From Rhizobium sp. Q54 (GTDB taxonomy: Bacteria > Pseudomonadota > Alphaproteobacteria > Rhizobiales > Xanthobacteraceae): a DNA stretch of 64,000 nt. Of the stretch, positions 29,532 through 39,608 are shown piece by piece. Made by a program: the position numbers and the translations under genes. The notes under the pieces are model-generated. The model saw only the letters and a list, made by a program, of their open reading frames with translations. It had not been told where the DNA came from and did not search any database. Numbering within the stretch: the stretch's first letter is position 1; every line of letters starts with the position of its first letter. The stretch spans positions 48,035-112,034 of the forward strand of contig CAMAUC010000002.1 of the NCBI GenBank assembly GCA_945861265.1, in the 5' to 3' direction.

Positions 29532-30631
29532 TGGCCATTCAAACGCCGCTGGAAACCGAAATCCGCCGGCGCATCGAAGCCGCCGGGCCGATGCCGGTCG
29601 ACGAATATATGACCCTTTGCCTCGCCGATCCGGAGCACGGCTACTACATGACGCGCGATCCGCTCGGTCGCCGCGGCGATTTCATCACCGCGCCCGAGGT
29701 CAGCCAGATGTTCGGCGAGTTGATCGGTCTGTGGATGACCACGGTCTGGAAACAGATGGGTTCGCCATCGCAGGTCAACGTCATCGAGCTTGGCCCGGGG
29801 CGCGGCACCTTGATGAAAGACGCGATGCGCGCGGCGCAAGTGGCGACCGGCTTCCGCGAGGCGGTATCGATCCATCTGGTCGAGATCAGCCCGGTGCTGG
29901 AGGAAATGCAGGAGCGCACGCTCGAGCCATTGTCGATGCCGATGTTCTGGCATCCATCGCTCACCGATGTGCCGGACGGACCGGCCATCATCATCGCCAA
30001 TGAATTCTTCGACGCCTTGCCGATCAGGCAGGCGGTCAAAGGCGACAATGGCTGGCACGAACGGCAGATCGGCATCGGCGACGACGGCAAGCTTTTCTTC
30101 GCGGCCGACAGCGAAACAATTCCACATTTCGACCGGCTGCTGCCGCCATCCGTGCGCGGCGCACCCGAGCAATCAATCTATGAATGGCGCGCCGACGGCG
30201 CGGCGATCGATCTCGGCAAGCGGGTCGCCAAAGGCGGCGGCGCCGCGCTGGTCATCGACTATGGCCATGCCTTAAGCGCCGCCGGCGACACCTTTCAGGC
30301 GGTCGGCCAGCACGCCTACGCCGATCCGCTGGCCGCGCCGGGCACGGTCGACCTGACCGCGCATGTCGATTTCCAGCCGCTGATCCGGGCCGCCGAGGCC
30401 ATGGGTGCGCAAGGCTACGGACCGATCGAACAGGGAATGTTCCTGCGCCGCCTCGGCATCGAGACGCGCGCCGCGACCTTGAAGGCCAAGGCCAGCCGCG
30501 GTGTCGCCAATGAAATCGACGCGGCGCTGACGCGCCTCATCGGCCAGGGCCGCACCGGCATGGGCAGCCTGTTCAAGGTCGCGGCGCTGGCGCACCCCAA
30601 GCTTGGCGTGCCGCCGGGATTTGAAAACTAG
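29531..30631 (+). CDS. NDUFAF7/MidA-family SAM-dependent methyltransferase
   Basis: GDFITAPEVSQMFGE, ELGPGRGTLM, ANEFFDALP, DLTAHVDF. Confidence 0.93.
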   Translation: MAIQTPLETEIRRRIEAAGPMPVDEYMTLCLADPEHGYYMTRDPLGRRGDFITAPEVSQMFGELIGLWMTTVWKQMGSPSQVNVIELGPGRGTLMKDAMRAAQVATGFREAVSIHLVEISPVLEEMQERTLEPLSMPMFWHPSLTDVPDGPAIIIANEFFDALPIRQAVKGDNGWHERQIGIGDDGKLFFAADSETIPHFDRLLPPSVRGAPEQSIYEWRADGAAIDLGKRVAKGGGAALVIDYGHALSAAGDTFQAVGQHAYADPLAAPGTVDLTAHVDFQPLIRAAEAMGAQGYGPIEQGMFLRRLGIETRAATLKAKASRGVANEIDAALTRLIGQGRTGMGSLFKVAALAHPKLGVPPGFEN

Positions 30632-31006
30632 CTATGGGCAACGATGGCGATAGCCGTCATTGCCGAGATAGGTGCCGCTGTTCGGATCGTAGCTGCGGAA
30701 GCGCCGCATGCAGTAATCGACGGTCCGGCCGCCGCGCTGCGACTGGTTGGCGATGATCGCACCGAGCATCAACCCGCCAATAATGCCGGCGGCGATGCCC
30801 GCGCCATCGTCGCCGCCATCGTGATGTCGGTAGCCGCCGCGATAGCCGCGCCGATACTGAACGGGAGTGACCAGAGTATCGTCGCCGTTCTGCATCTGCG
30901 CCGCAATATTCTTCGGCATCGCGGCGCCGAGCGGCGCCGCGACCGCCGGAACGACCAACAGGCTGGTCGCGACCAGGACACTGGTCATCGCCAAGGACAA
31001 TCGCAT
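30632..31006 (-). CDS. BA14K-family protein
   Basis: GIIGGLMLGAII...YCMRRFRSYDPNSGTYLGNDGYRHRCP. Confidence 0.92.
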   Translation of the reverse strand: MRLSLAMTSVLVATSLLVVPAVAAPLGAAMPKNIAAQMQNGDDTLVTPVQYRRGYRGGYRHHDGGDDGAGIAAGIIGGLMLGAIIANQSQRGGRTVDYCMRRFRSYDPNSGTYLGNDGYRHRCP

Positions 31007-31132
31007 GATGGAAACTCCTCTCGTGATGTTTCGCGGCACGCCTTATATGATGTACCAGAGCCCGCGGCCGGGCCGGCCTTATTGATCCAGATCACGCCGA
31101 ACACGTCATTTTTGAACCGCTGAAAGGTACCA

Positions 31133-31900
31133 TTGCTGCAATCCGCTTCACTCGCCGCGCTTGCCGACATCCGCCACGGTTTTTTCACCCGCACCGGCGG
31201 CGTGTCGCAGGGCGTCTATGCCTCGCTCAATGGCGGCGTCGGCTCGAATGACGCGCCTGAACAGGTCGCCGAAAACCGCGCCCGCATGGCGCAAGCGCTC
31301 GGCGTTGCGCCGGAGCGGTTCCTGACGCCGTATCAGATTCATTCGCCGGACGTGGTCGTCGCCGACCATCCATGGACCGCCGAAACGCGGCCGCGCGCCG
31401 ATGCGATCGTGACGCGCGAGCCGGGCCTGGCCATTGGCGTATCGACCGCCGACTGCGGCCCGCTTTTGTTTGCCGACGCAAAGGCGCGCGTCATCGGCGC
31501 GGCGCATGCCGGCTGGCGCGGCGCGTTTACTGGCGTGATCGACGGCACCGTCGCCGCCATGGAAAAGCTCGGCGCCGAGCGCGCCAACATCGCCGTCACG
31601 CTCGGCCCGACCATCAGCCAGCCGAACTACGAAGTCGGCGCCGAATTCGTCGAACGCTTTCTCGCCGCCGATGCGGACAATGCCCGCTTCTTCAAGGACA
31701 GTATCCGCGCCGACCACGCCATGTTCGATCTCAATGGCTATATCGCCGCGCGCATTAAACGAGCTGGAGTTGTGAAATTCGAGGATCTCGGCCTGTGCAC
31801 CTATGCCGATCCACAGCGGTTCTACAGTTTCCGCCGCGCGACCCACCTCAGCGAGCCGGATTATGGCCGCCATATCAACGCGATCGCCCTTAGCGCCTGA
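31133..31900 (+). CDS. pgeF: PgeF/YfiH family protein
   Basis: HGFFTRTGG, QIHSPDV, STADCGPLL, AAHAGWRG, FYSFRR; TTG start. Confidence 0.93.
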   Translation: MLQSASLAALADIRHGFFTRTGGVSQGVYASLNGGVGSNDAPEQVAENRARMAQALGVAPERFLTPYQIHSPDVVVADHPWTAETRPRADAIVTREPGLAIGVSTADCGPLLFADAKARVIGAAHAGWRGAFTGVIDGTVAAMEKLGAERANIAVTLGPTISQPNYEVGAEFVERFLAADADNARFFKDSIRADHAMFDLNGYIAARIKRAGVVKFEDLGLCTYADPQRFYSFRRATHLSEPDYGRHINAIALSA

Positions 31901-31946
31901 CCTTGGTGGCTGAGCCGTTAACCGAGATGCCGGTGATAGCCTACCG

Positions 31947-31962
31947 TTAAGCTTTACTTAAC
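31947..31962 (+). promoter_or_regulatory. CtrA box
   Basis: Perfect TTAA-gctttac-TTAAC. Confidence 0.75.
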
Positions 31963-32030
31963 CACGCTCCTGCCGCTACGTTTGCTCCAAGGCCCGGGGG
32001 AACGACGCTAAAACGGCCGTAGGGGTATCG

Positions 32031-32789
32031 ATGAGTGCGGGTCTCGGCCGGGGCGCCTTTCGCGTCCCTGTGTCTCCCTTTTCACGCCGGTTTGTGGCCG
32101 CCGCGAGCCTGACTTTGGCCGCGGCGCTGGCCGGCTGCACCACCGACGGCCAGCCCGGCGTCGCCGCCATGCAGCCACGGGGCGCCACGGTCGCCTTCGA
32201 ATCCATCGACGGCCCGCCACCCGGGCAATTCCAGACACTGGTGCGCAATCTCAATGACGAGGCCCAGAGCCGCCGGCTGGCGGTCCTGTCGCGCGAGACG
32301 GCCTCGGCCTATCGGGTGCGTGGCTACCTCGCCGCCAAAGTCGCCGATGGCCAGACGACGATTTCCTGGGTCTGGGACGTATTCGATCGGGACGAGCAGC
32401 GGACACTGCGGATCAACGGCGAAGAGATCGTCAAAAGGTCCGGCAAGGCCGCCGACGCCTGGAACGTGGTCGACGACGCCATGTCGCGGCGGATCGCCAG
32501 CGCCAGTATGGAGCAGCTCGGCGCCTTTCTCACCGCGCCGGATGTCGTTCCGGTCGCTTCAGCGCCCGGCGTGACGCCCGTGGCGTTGATCGGCGCGACC
32601 GACACCTCGCCGGAAGCCGCCGGCATTTTCCGCATCTTCCGCGCCGATGCCGATCCGGCGCCGGCGCGACCGGCCGACGCGCAGGGACAGGCCGCCGCGA
32701 GCGGCCCGGTGCCCTTGCCGCCGCAGCGACCGGAAACATCGACCCCCAATAGCCCGGCCGGCCGCGCGACAGTGCAGGCGAGTCTCTAG
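32031..32789 (+). CDS. Hypothetical lipoprotein
   Basis: Lipobox LAGC; VAFESIDGPP, YRVRGYL, SWVWDVFD. Confidence 0.8.
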   Translation: MSAGLGRGAFRVPVSPFSRRFVAAASLTLAAALAGCTTDGQPGVAAMQPRGATVAFESIDGPPPGQFQTLVRNLNDEAQSRRLAVLSRETASAYRVRGYLAAKVADGQTTISWVWDVFDRDEQRTLRINGEEIVKRSGKAADAWNVVDDAMSRRIASASMEQLGAFLTAPDVVPVASAPGVTPVALIGATDTSPEAAGIFRIFRADADPAPARPADAQGQAAASGPVPLPPQRPETSTPNSPAGRATVQASL

Positions 32790-32912
32790 ACTTTAGACTT
32801 TTCAGCCGTCGTTCATCCTGCCCGGAAAAGGCGCGGGACAACGAATTCGACCCGTATTGCCGGGCCCGCCGCGCCTTGTTATGACCCGGCTCCTGTTCAT
32901 GAGGGCGTCGGA

Positions 32913-33866
32913 ATGTCGGGCAAAAACGGTGCGATCAAGCTGGTCGCCGGCAATTCCAACCCAGCGCTCGCCCAGGAAATCGCCGATTACCTCAAGACCC
33001 CGCTGACCAAGGCGGTGGTGCGGCGCTTCGCCGACATGGAAGTCTTCGTCGAGATCCAGGAAAACGTCCGCGGCGCCGACTGTTTCGTGATCCAGTCGAC
33101 CTCGTATCCCGCCAACGACCATTTGATGGAATTGCTGATCATCATCGACGCGCTGCGCCGCTCCTCGGCGCGCCGCATCACCGCGGTGATCCCCTATTTC
33201 GGCTATTCGCGCCAGGATCGTAAACCAGGCCCGCGTACGCCGATCTCGGCCAAGCTGGTCGCCAACCTGATCACGCATGCCGGCGCCAACCGCGTCATGA
33301 CGCTCGACCTGCACGCCGGACAAATCCAGGGCTTCTTCGATATTCCGACCGACAATCTCTACGCCTCGCCGGTGATGGTGCGCGACATCAAGGAAAATTT
33401 CGACCTCACCAATGTCATGGTGGTATCGCCCGACGTCGGCGGCGTGGTCCGCGCGCGCGGCCTGGCCAAACGCATCAACGCCCCGCTCGCCATCATCGAC
33501 AAACGGCGCGAGCGCGCCGGCGAATCCGAAGTGATGAATGTGATCGGCGAGGTCGAGGGCTATACCTGCGTCCTCGTCGACGACATTGTCGACTCCGGCG
33601 GCACCCTGGTGAATGCCGCCGAAGCGCTGCTCAAGAACGGCGCCAAGGCGGTCTATGCGTATATCAGCCACGGCGTTCTGTCCGGCGGCGCGGTCGCGCG
33701 CATCGCCAAGTCGCGGCTGAAGGAACTCGTCATCACGGATTCGATTCAGCCGACGGTCGAAGTCCGGGCCGCGGGAAATATCCGAGTCCTGCCAATCGCT
33801 TCGCTGATCGGCGAAGCCGTCGCGCGCACCGCGCATGAAGAGTCGGTGTCGTCGCTGTTCGACTGA
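32913..33866 (+). CDS. prs: Ribose-phosphate pyrophosphokinase
   Basis: [40 protein letters not shown]. Confidence 0.99.
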   Translation: MSGKNGAIKLVAGNSNPALAQEIADYLKTPLTKAVVRRFADMEVFVEIQENVRGADCFVIQSTSYPANDHLMELLIIIDALRRSSARRITAVIPYFGYSRQDRKPGPRTPISAKLVANLITHAGANRVMTLDLHAGQIQGFFDIPTDNLYASPVMVRDIKENFDLTNVMVVSPDVGGVVRARGLAKRINAPLAIIDKRRERAGESEVMNVIGEVEGYTCVLVDDIVDSGGTLVNAAEALLKNGAKAVYAYISHGVLSGGAVARIAKSRLKELVITDSIQPTVEVRAAGNIRVLPIASLIGEAVARTAHEESVSSLFD

Positions 33867-34178
33867 CGACTTGATTCAGCCTGGCTGCGCTCCAAGAGTT
33901 ATCCCCAAAAGACTCATCTTGACGGCGCATTGGCTGTGGAGAGTCGAGTCGGCCCGGTTGCCTAGCACCCCCAAATCACTGCTCATTAGGGCTTGAGAAT
34001 GCCTCTGGCGGGCTGAATCGAGAAGGTTATAGTCGTATCGCTCTGTGATTCGTGCGCGCCGTCAAGGCAACCGTATTCCCGCGTTACATTGTAGTTCGTG
34101 CTCAGTTCGGGTGCATCTCACTCGATCATGCGCCGTGCCGTGCGTTTCCCTTTAGGCTCACTTTCGCGCGGAGACGTC

Positions 34179-34679
34179 ATGTCCCTAACGAGCTACACCG
34201 ACGAAGCGCGCTTCAATCCGCTCGACGTCGTCGAGCGGCTGGCGGCCGGCAATGACTGGTCGTTCGAACGCGCCAGCGAGGACGAGATCACCATTCTGGT
34301 GACCGGACGCTGGGCCGAATATCAGTTGTCCTATACTTGGATGATCGACATCGAGGCGCTGCATCTGGCCTGCGCCTTCGATCTGAAAGTTCCCGAACGC
34401 CGCTGCGCCGAAGTGCACACCTTGATCGCGCTGATCAACGAGCGGCTGTGGGTCGGCCATTTCGATCTTTGGCCGACCGAAGGCATCGTCATGTACCGCC
34501 ACGCCCTGCAATTGCCGGCGTGCATGGAACCGTCCGGCAAGCAATGCGAGGCGCTGCTCGGCACCGCGCTCGACACTTGCGAGCGGTACTTTACGGCTTT
34601 CCAGTTCGTCGTCTGGGCCGGCAAGACCGCCAAGGAAGCGCTCGAGGCCGCGATGTTCGAGACGTCCGGCGAGGCGTGA
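34179..34679 (+). CDS. YbjN-domain protein
   Basis: NPLDVVE, INERLWVGHFDLW, CERYFTAFQFVVWAG; upstream of proC. Confidence 0.88.
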   Translation: MSLTSYTDEARFNPLDVVERLAAGNDWSFERASEDEITILVTGRWAEYQLSYTWMIDIEALHLACAFDLKVPERRCAEVHTLIALINERLWVGHFDLWPTEGIVMYRHALQLPACMEPSGKQCEALLGTALDTCERYFTAFQFVVWAGKTAKEALEAAMFETSGEA

Positions 34680-34691
34680 TATAGTCGCGGC

Positions 34692-35552
34692 ATGAAAAAA
34701 CCCGCGAAGAAGTCAACCAACCTGAAAACTCTTGCCGCTTTTCCCGGCCGCCTGGTTCTGCTCGGCGCTGGCAAGATGGGCGGCGCCATGCTCGATGGCT
34801 GGACCGCGCGCGGGCTGAAAGCGAAACAAGTCGTCGTCATTGAGCCGCTGGCCGGCAAGGCGATCAAGGAGCTGGTGAAAAGCGGCCTCGCGCTCAATCC
34901 GAAGCCGGGCCCGAAAACCAAGGCCGACGCCGCGGCCATCGTCATCGCCGTGAAACCGCAAATGGCGCCGGAGGCGATCCCGCCGCTCGGCCTCTATGTC
35001 GGTAAATCGACTTTGGTCATTTCGATCATGGCCGGACGCACTATTGGCTTTCTAGAAAAGATTTTACCGCCCGGCACGGCGATCGTGCGCGCCATGCCGA
35101 ACACGCCGGCGGCTATCGGCCGTGGTATCACTGTCGCTGTGCCGAACGCCAAGGTGTCGGCGCGCCAGCGCAAGCTCGCGACGGAATTACTCGCCGCCAC
35201 CGGTACGGTCGAATGGGTCTCGAACGAGAAGCTGATCGACGCCGTCACCGCGACTTCCGGTTCAGGGCCGGCTTATGTGTTCCTTTTGGTCGAGGCGATG
35301 ACCAAAGCCGGCATTGCCTCGGGGCTTCCGGCCGATCTCGCCGGACGGCTGGCGCGCGAAACCGTCGCCGGTTCCGGCGAACTGTTGCATCGCTCGGAAC
35401 TGGACGCCGCCACCTTGCGGCAGAATGTGACATCGCCCGGCGGCACGACCGCGGCCGCGCTTTCCGTGCTGATGGGGCCTAACGGTTTCGACGAATTACT
35501 GACCCGGGCTATCGCCGCCGCGACAAATCGTTCGCGTGAACTCGCCGGTTAG
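34692..35552 (+). CDS. proC: Pyrroline-5-carboxylate reductase
   Basis: GAGKMG, AVKPQ, RAMPNTP, SGSGPAY, VTSPGGTT. Confidence 0.97.
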   Translation: MKKPAKKSTNLKTLAAFPGRLVLLGAGKMGGAMLDGWTARGLKAKQVVVIEPLAGKAIKELVKSGLALNPKPGPKTKADAAAIVIAVKPQMAPEAIPPLGLYVGKSTLVISIMAGRTIGFLEKILPPGTAIVRAMPNTPAAIGRGITVAVPNAKVSARQRKLATELLAATGTVEWVSNEKLIDAVTATSGSGPAYVFLLVEAMTKAGIASGLPADLAGRLARETVAGSGELLHRSELDAATLRQNVTSPGGTTAAALSVLMGPNGFDELLTRAIAAATNRSRELAG

Positions 35553-35627
35553 CGGGTCGCTGCCCTAGAACCGGCGCCTTTGCCGACCTACATTAAGGTC
35601 AGCCGCACCGAACTCAGGGAGGCCAGC

Positions 35628-36356
35628 ATGGCCCGCAAACCGGCCCGCAAATCCACCGACAAGACCAAGCCCGAGCGCAAGGCTTCCGCCGCGCCGCCGC
35701 GCGGCACCTCCAATCGTGACAAGGCCGTCGATGCGCTGCTGGCGCTGCTGGCCGAGCAATCCTTCGAGCAGATCGGCCTCGCTGAAGTTGCCGGCCGCGC
35801 CGGGATCAAGCTGTCGGCGCTGCGCACCGAATTCGGCTCGACATTGTCGATCTATGCCGCGCACATCAAGGACATCGACACGATCGTGCTCGACGGCGGC
35901 GACGCCGACATGGCCGAGGAGCCGCCGCGCGAACGGCTGTTCGACGTCGAAATGCGTCGGTTGGAAGCACTGGCGCCGTACAAGGACGCGGTGCGTTCGG
36001 TGATGCGCTCGGTACGGCGCAATCCGGGCCTGGCGCTGGCGCTCAATGGCATGGCCGTGCGTTCGCAGAAATGGATGCTGGAGGCCGCCGGCATCGGCGC
36101 CTCCGGTCCGCGCGGCGCGTTGCGCGCGCAAGGCGCGGCCTTGATGTTCGCCCGCGTTCTCACTGTCTGGCTCGACGACGACGAGGAAGGTCTCGACGCC
36201 ACCATGGCGGCATTGGATCGCGGCCTGTCGAGCGCCGAACGCTGGGACGGCTTCGTCGGCGACGTGTGCAGCATCCCGAAATGCGTGCTGCGCGGTTCGC
36301 GCCGCCGCCGGGCGCGGCCTGTGGACGAAGGCGCCGTTGAGGCGGATGCGGCTTGA
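35628..36356 (+). CDS. TetR/AcrR-like regulator
   Basis: N-terminal HTH FEQIGLAEVAGRAG; RERLFDVEMRRLEAL. Confidence 0.8.
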   Translation: MARKPARKSTDKTKPERKASAAPPRGTSNRDKAVDALLALLAEQSFEQIGLAEVAGRAGIKLSALRTEFGSTLSIYAAHIKDIDTIVLDGGDADMAEEPPRERLFDVEMRRLEALAPYKDAVRSVMRSVRRNPGLALALNGMAVRSQKWMLEAAGIGASGPRGALRAQGAALMFARVLTVWLDDDEEGLDATMAALDRGLSSAERWDGFVGDVCSIPKCVLRGSRRRRARPVDEGAVEADAA

Positions 36357-36365
36357 TACTGACCT

Positions 36366-36485
36366 GTCCCGGACGCGGTGCAGCGTGAACGCTGCTCCGC
36401 AAAGCCGGGACCGTCGCAAATTCTGAATGTGGAATGATCCCGGGTCAGCAGCGCACCACCAAGAGGTGCTGCGCTACGCCCGGGA
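36366..36485. repeat. Two-hairpin palindromic intergenic repeat
   Basis: gtcccggacgcggtgcagcg...gccgggac and tcccgggtcagcagcgcacc...ggtgctgcgctacgcccggga, between convergent genes. Confidence 0.75.
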
Positions 36486-36492
36486 AAGGCTA

Positions 36493-37947
36493 TTACACCG
36501 GCACCTTCACCGTCGCGCGCAAGCCGCCCATCGGTGAATCGCCGAGCGCGATGTCGCCGCCATGCGAGCGGGCAATGTCGCGGGCAATCGCCAGGCCCAG
36601 ACCGGTGCCGCCCTCGTCCTGATTGCGCGCGTCGTCGAGGCGCAAAAACGGCTTGAACACATCCTCGCGCTGCGCCAGTGGAATGCCCGGCCCGTCGTCG
36701 TCGACCGTGATCGTTAGATAGCGATGATCGCGATGGCCGGTGATGGCGATCGACGAGGCATAGCGCGCCGCGTTCGACACAAGATTGGCGAGGCAACGCT
36801 TGAACGCCGCCGGCCGCACCGTGACGATCGGCGCGCCGTGAAAAAGAACGGTCGCCCTGTGACCGTGCCGCTCGGCGTCGTCCTTGAGTTCGTCGATAAA
36901 GGCCGCCATGTCGGTCGGCGCCGCGCTTTCGCCGAGATCGCCGCGCGCGAAGGCGAGATAGGCCTCCAGCATGCGCGCCATCTCGTCGATGTCTTTCTTC
37001 ATCGCCTCGACTTCCGGACTCTCGTCGATCAGCGCCAGCTCCAGCTTGAAGCGCGTCAGCACCGTGCGCAAATCGTGCGACACGCCGGCCAGCATGGTGG
37101 TGCGCTGCTCGATGGCGCGCTCGACGCGCGTCTTCATCTCGATGAAGGCCTGTGCCGCCCGCCTCACCTCGCGCGCGCCGCGCGGCCGGAAATTCGGCGC
37201 ATCGCGGCCCTTGCCGAAAGCCTCGGCGGCGTCGGCGAGTTTCAGGATCGGCTTGATCTGGTTGCGCAGGAAGATAATGGCGACGAACAGCAGCACCGCC
37301 GAGGTGCCGACCATCCACAACAGGAAGATTTCCGAGTTCGACGCGTAAGCCGCGTTGCGCCGCGCATAGATGCGCATCACGTTGTTGTCGAGCTGGATGC
37401 GGATTTCGACCAGCGCCGACTTGCCGACGGTGTCGATCCAGTACGGCCGCGCGATCTGCTTGCGTAGTTCTTCCGAAAGAGTCTGGTCCAGCAGCGAGAA
37501 AAACGGCTTCGGCCCCGGCGGCGGCATTTCGCCGGCGGGGAGAAAATCGACCACCAGTCCCAGCCGCTGCTGCGCGATAGTGCGAATGAGCGTCTGGTCC
37601 TTGTCCTGCGGCGTACCGCGATAGACGTCGATCAGCGCCGCGATATCCTGCACCACGCCGGCCGACAGGCGTTGCGTGACGACGTTCCAGTGCCGCTCCA
37701 TGAACACGAAGGCGATCACCGATTGCAGGATCACCATCGGCAAAATGATGATCAGCAGCGCGCGTGCGTAAAGGCCCTTCGGCATCACGCTGTTGAGCCA
37801 GCGGCTCAGGCGCCGCCAGCCGTCGCGGATGCGGGCGAGTCGCGCGTGAATGCGGCGGATCGGCGGAATGGCGTCGTACCATTCCCACAGCGCCCGCAGC
37901 CGCGCGATCGCGGTGCGCATGTTGTGGGCCATGTCGAGACTGGTCAT
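36493..37947 (-). CDS. EnvZ-like sensor histidine kinase
   Basis: FMERHW, HAMP, SHDLRTVLTR, NLVSNAARY, DDDGPG, GTGLGLAI. Confidence 0.95.
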   Translation of the reverse strand: MTSLDMAHNMRTAIARLRALWEWYDAIPPIRRIHARLARIRDGWRRLSRWLNSVMPKGLYARALLIIILPMVILQSVIAFVFMERHWNVVTQRLSAGVVQDIAALIDVYRGTPQDKDQTLIRTIAQQRLGLVVDFLPAGEMPPPGPKPFFSLLDQTLSEELRKQIARPYWIDTVGKSALVEIRIQLDNNVMRIYARRNAAYASNSEIFLLWMVGTSAVLLFVAIIFLRNQIKPILKLADAAEAFGKGRDAPNFRPRGAREVRRAAQAFIEMKTRVERAIEQRTTMLAGVSHDLRTVLTRFKLELALIDESPEVEAMKKDIDEMARMLEAYLAFARGDLGESAAPTDMAAFIDELKDDAERHGHRATVLFHGAPIVTVRPAAFKRCLANLVSNAARYASSIAITGHRDHRYLTITVDDDGPGIPLAQREDVFKPFLRLDDARNQDEGGTGLGLAIARDIARSHGGDIALGDSPMGGLRATVKVPV

Positions 37948-37954
37948 GGTGAAC

Positions 37955-38662
37955 TCATGGCGCGCTCACCAGCCGGTAGCCGATGCCGCGCACGGTCTGC
38001 ACGAATAGAGGATTGGCCGGGTTGGTTTCGATCTTGCGTCGCAAGCGATTGACCTGCACGTCGACGGCGCGCTCGCTGGTCTGGTCGCCATTGCCGGCCA
38101 AAGCCATCCGCGTCACGGTTTCGCCCGGCGTCGCCGTCAGAATGCGCAGCATTTCGCGTTCGCGGTCGGTCAGGCGGATGACGTCGTCGCCCTTGCGCAG
38201 TTCGCCGCGCGCCAGGTGATAGACGAAGGGTCCGAAGCGCACCGATTCAACCGGCGGCGCCACCACCGGCTGCGCGCGCTTGAAGATGTTGGCGATGCGC
38301 AGCGACAGCTCGCGCGGTTCAAAAGGCTTCGACAGATAATCGTCGGCGCCGATCTGCAGGCCCTCGATGCGGCTCTCGGCACCGTCGCGCGCGGTCAGCA
38401 TCAGGATCGGCACGCTCGATGTGCCGCGGATCGATTTGGCCAGTTCGAAGCCGGTTTCGCCCGGCATCATCACATCGAGGATCAAAAGATCGAAGGACAG
38501 GCCGGTCAGCTTGGCGCGCGCATCCCTGGCATTGTCCGCGGTGGTGACGCGGTAGCCCTCGCCGGCCAGAAAGCGCGACAGCAAATCGCGAATGCGGCGG
38601 TCATCGTCGACCACCAGAAGATGCGGCGCGTCGTCGGAAGGTTTGGCAGCGGGATGCGGCAT
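37955..38662 (-). CDS. OmpR-family response regulator (PetR-like)
   Basis: HLLVVDDDRRIRDLL, DVMMPGETG, GADDYLSKPFEPREL, VRGIGY. Confidence 0.95.
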   Translation of the reverse strand: MPHPAAKPSDDAPHLLVVDDDRRIRDLLSRFLAGEGYRVTTADNARDARAKLTGLSFDLLILDVMMPGETGFELAKSIRGTSSVPILMLTARDGAESRIEGLQIGADDYLSKPFEPRELSLRIANIFKRAQPVVAPPVESVRFGPFVYHLARGELRKGDDVIRLTDREREMLRILTATPGETVTRMALAGNGDQTSERAVDVQVNRLRRKIETNPANPLFVQTVRGIGYRLVSAP

Positions 38663-38670
38663 CTCACATC

Positions 38671-38790
38671 CCCGTTCGTCCTCGCGCGAAAGCGCGAAGC
38701 GCGTCTTGCGTAGAAAGCGGGGACCCGGAAATCAAAACCGTCCACTCAATCATTGCTGTACTGAGTTCCCGCCTGCGCGGGAACGAACGG
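38671..38790. repeat. Composite palindromic repeat
   Basis: Terminal arms ccgttcgtcctcgcg / cgcgggaacgaacgg with an internal gcgcgaaagcgcgaagcgcg module. Confidence 0.7.
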
Positions 38791-38819
38791 AGTTTGGTTC
38801 GACAGGCGGAGGCCATCGG

Positions 38820-39377
38820 TTAGCCCCGCGTTTTGGCGCGGTCGGCGCGCGCGATCTGCCGCAGCACGCCCTCGCGGTTGTCGCCATCGATCATCGCGGT
38901 GAGGAAGCGCCGCGCTGCCTCGTGCGCGCCGGGGCCGAGTTCGCCGAAGGCGCGGTTGATGCGCTCAGTCTGCAAAGCCGCCAGCTTCAGCGCCAAGGCC
39001 TCGCCCTTGGCCGTCGCAAAGAGGAGCCGCTGGCGGCGGTCCTGCGCGCCTTCCTTCTGGACGATGAAGCCCTGGTCGACCAGTTGCTTGAGCACGCGAC
39101 CGAGCGACTGCTTGGTGATGTTGAGAATGTCGAGCAGGTCGGCGACCTTCATGCCCGGATTGCGGTTGACGAAATGCAGCACCCGGTGATGGGCGCGGCC
39201 AAAGGCGTATTTCAGCAGCACCGCGTCCGGATCGCCGACGAAGTCGCGATAGGCGAAAAACAACAGCTCGATAATGTCCCAGGCCGCCTCGGCGTCGCGC
39301 GCCTGGGCGCCGCCGGCCGTTGCCTCGCCACCGCTATTTTGCGGCGGGATTTTCGCATTGGAATTTATGTCAGCCAT
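38820..39377 (-). CDS. MarR-family regulator (PetP-like)
   Basis: IELLFFAYRDF, FGRAHHRVLHFV, ITKQSLGRVLKQL. Confidence 0.92.
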   Translation of the reverse strand: MADINSNAKIPPQNSGGEATAGGAQARDAEAAWDIIELLFFAYRDFVGDPDAVLLKYAFGRAHHRVLHFVNRNPGMKVADLLDILNITKQSLGRVLKQLVDQGFIVQKEGAQDRRQRLLFATAKGEALALKLAALQTERINRAFGELGPGAHEAARRFLTAMIDGDNREGVLRQIARADRAKTRG

Positions 39378-39386
39378 ATTGACATA
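39366..39386. promoter_or_regulatory. Inverted-repeat operator over the MarR start
   Basis: tatgtca-N7-tgacata. Confidence 0.55.
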
Positions 39387-39608
39387 TTTTGGTTTTATGT
39401 TACAAAAATTCGTCTGCGAACGTAATGTTCGTTCCCGAAAGGCCCGGAAGGCCGCACGGGAGCGGCCCGAAAGGCCTGCTCCTTGCGGACGTGTTGCCAC
39501 TCATACCGGGACTTGCCCGGCGACGCAAAGTGTTGGAATTGGCGCGCAAAATGCGCCATCACAGCGGCGGACAGGCACCTGCCGCCAATAGAGTTCAAGG
39601 AGGAGACG

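Noticed and set aside
33899-33907. DnaA-box-like TTATCCCCA
   Set aside because: Single mismatched box with no cluster or origin context
33867-34178. Possible tRNA in the gap after prs
   Set aside because: No TTCGA T-loop or cloverleaf found on either strand
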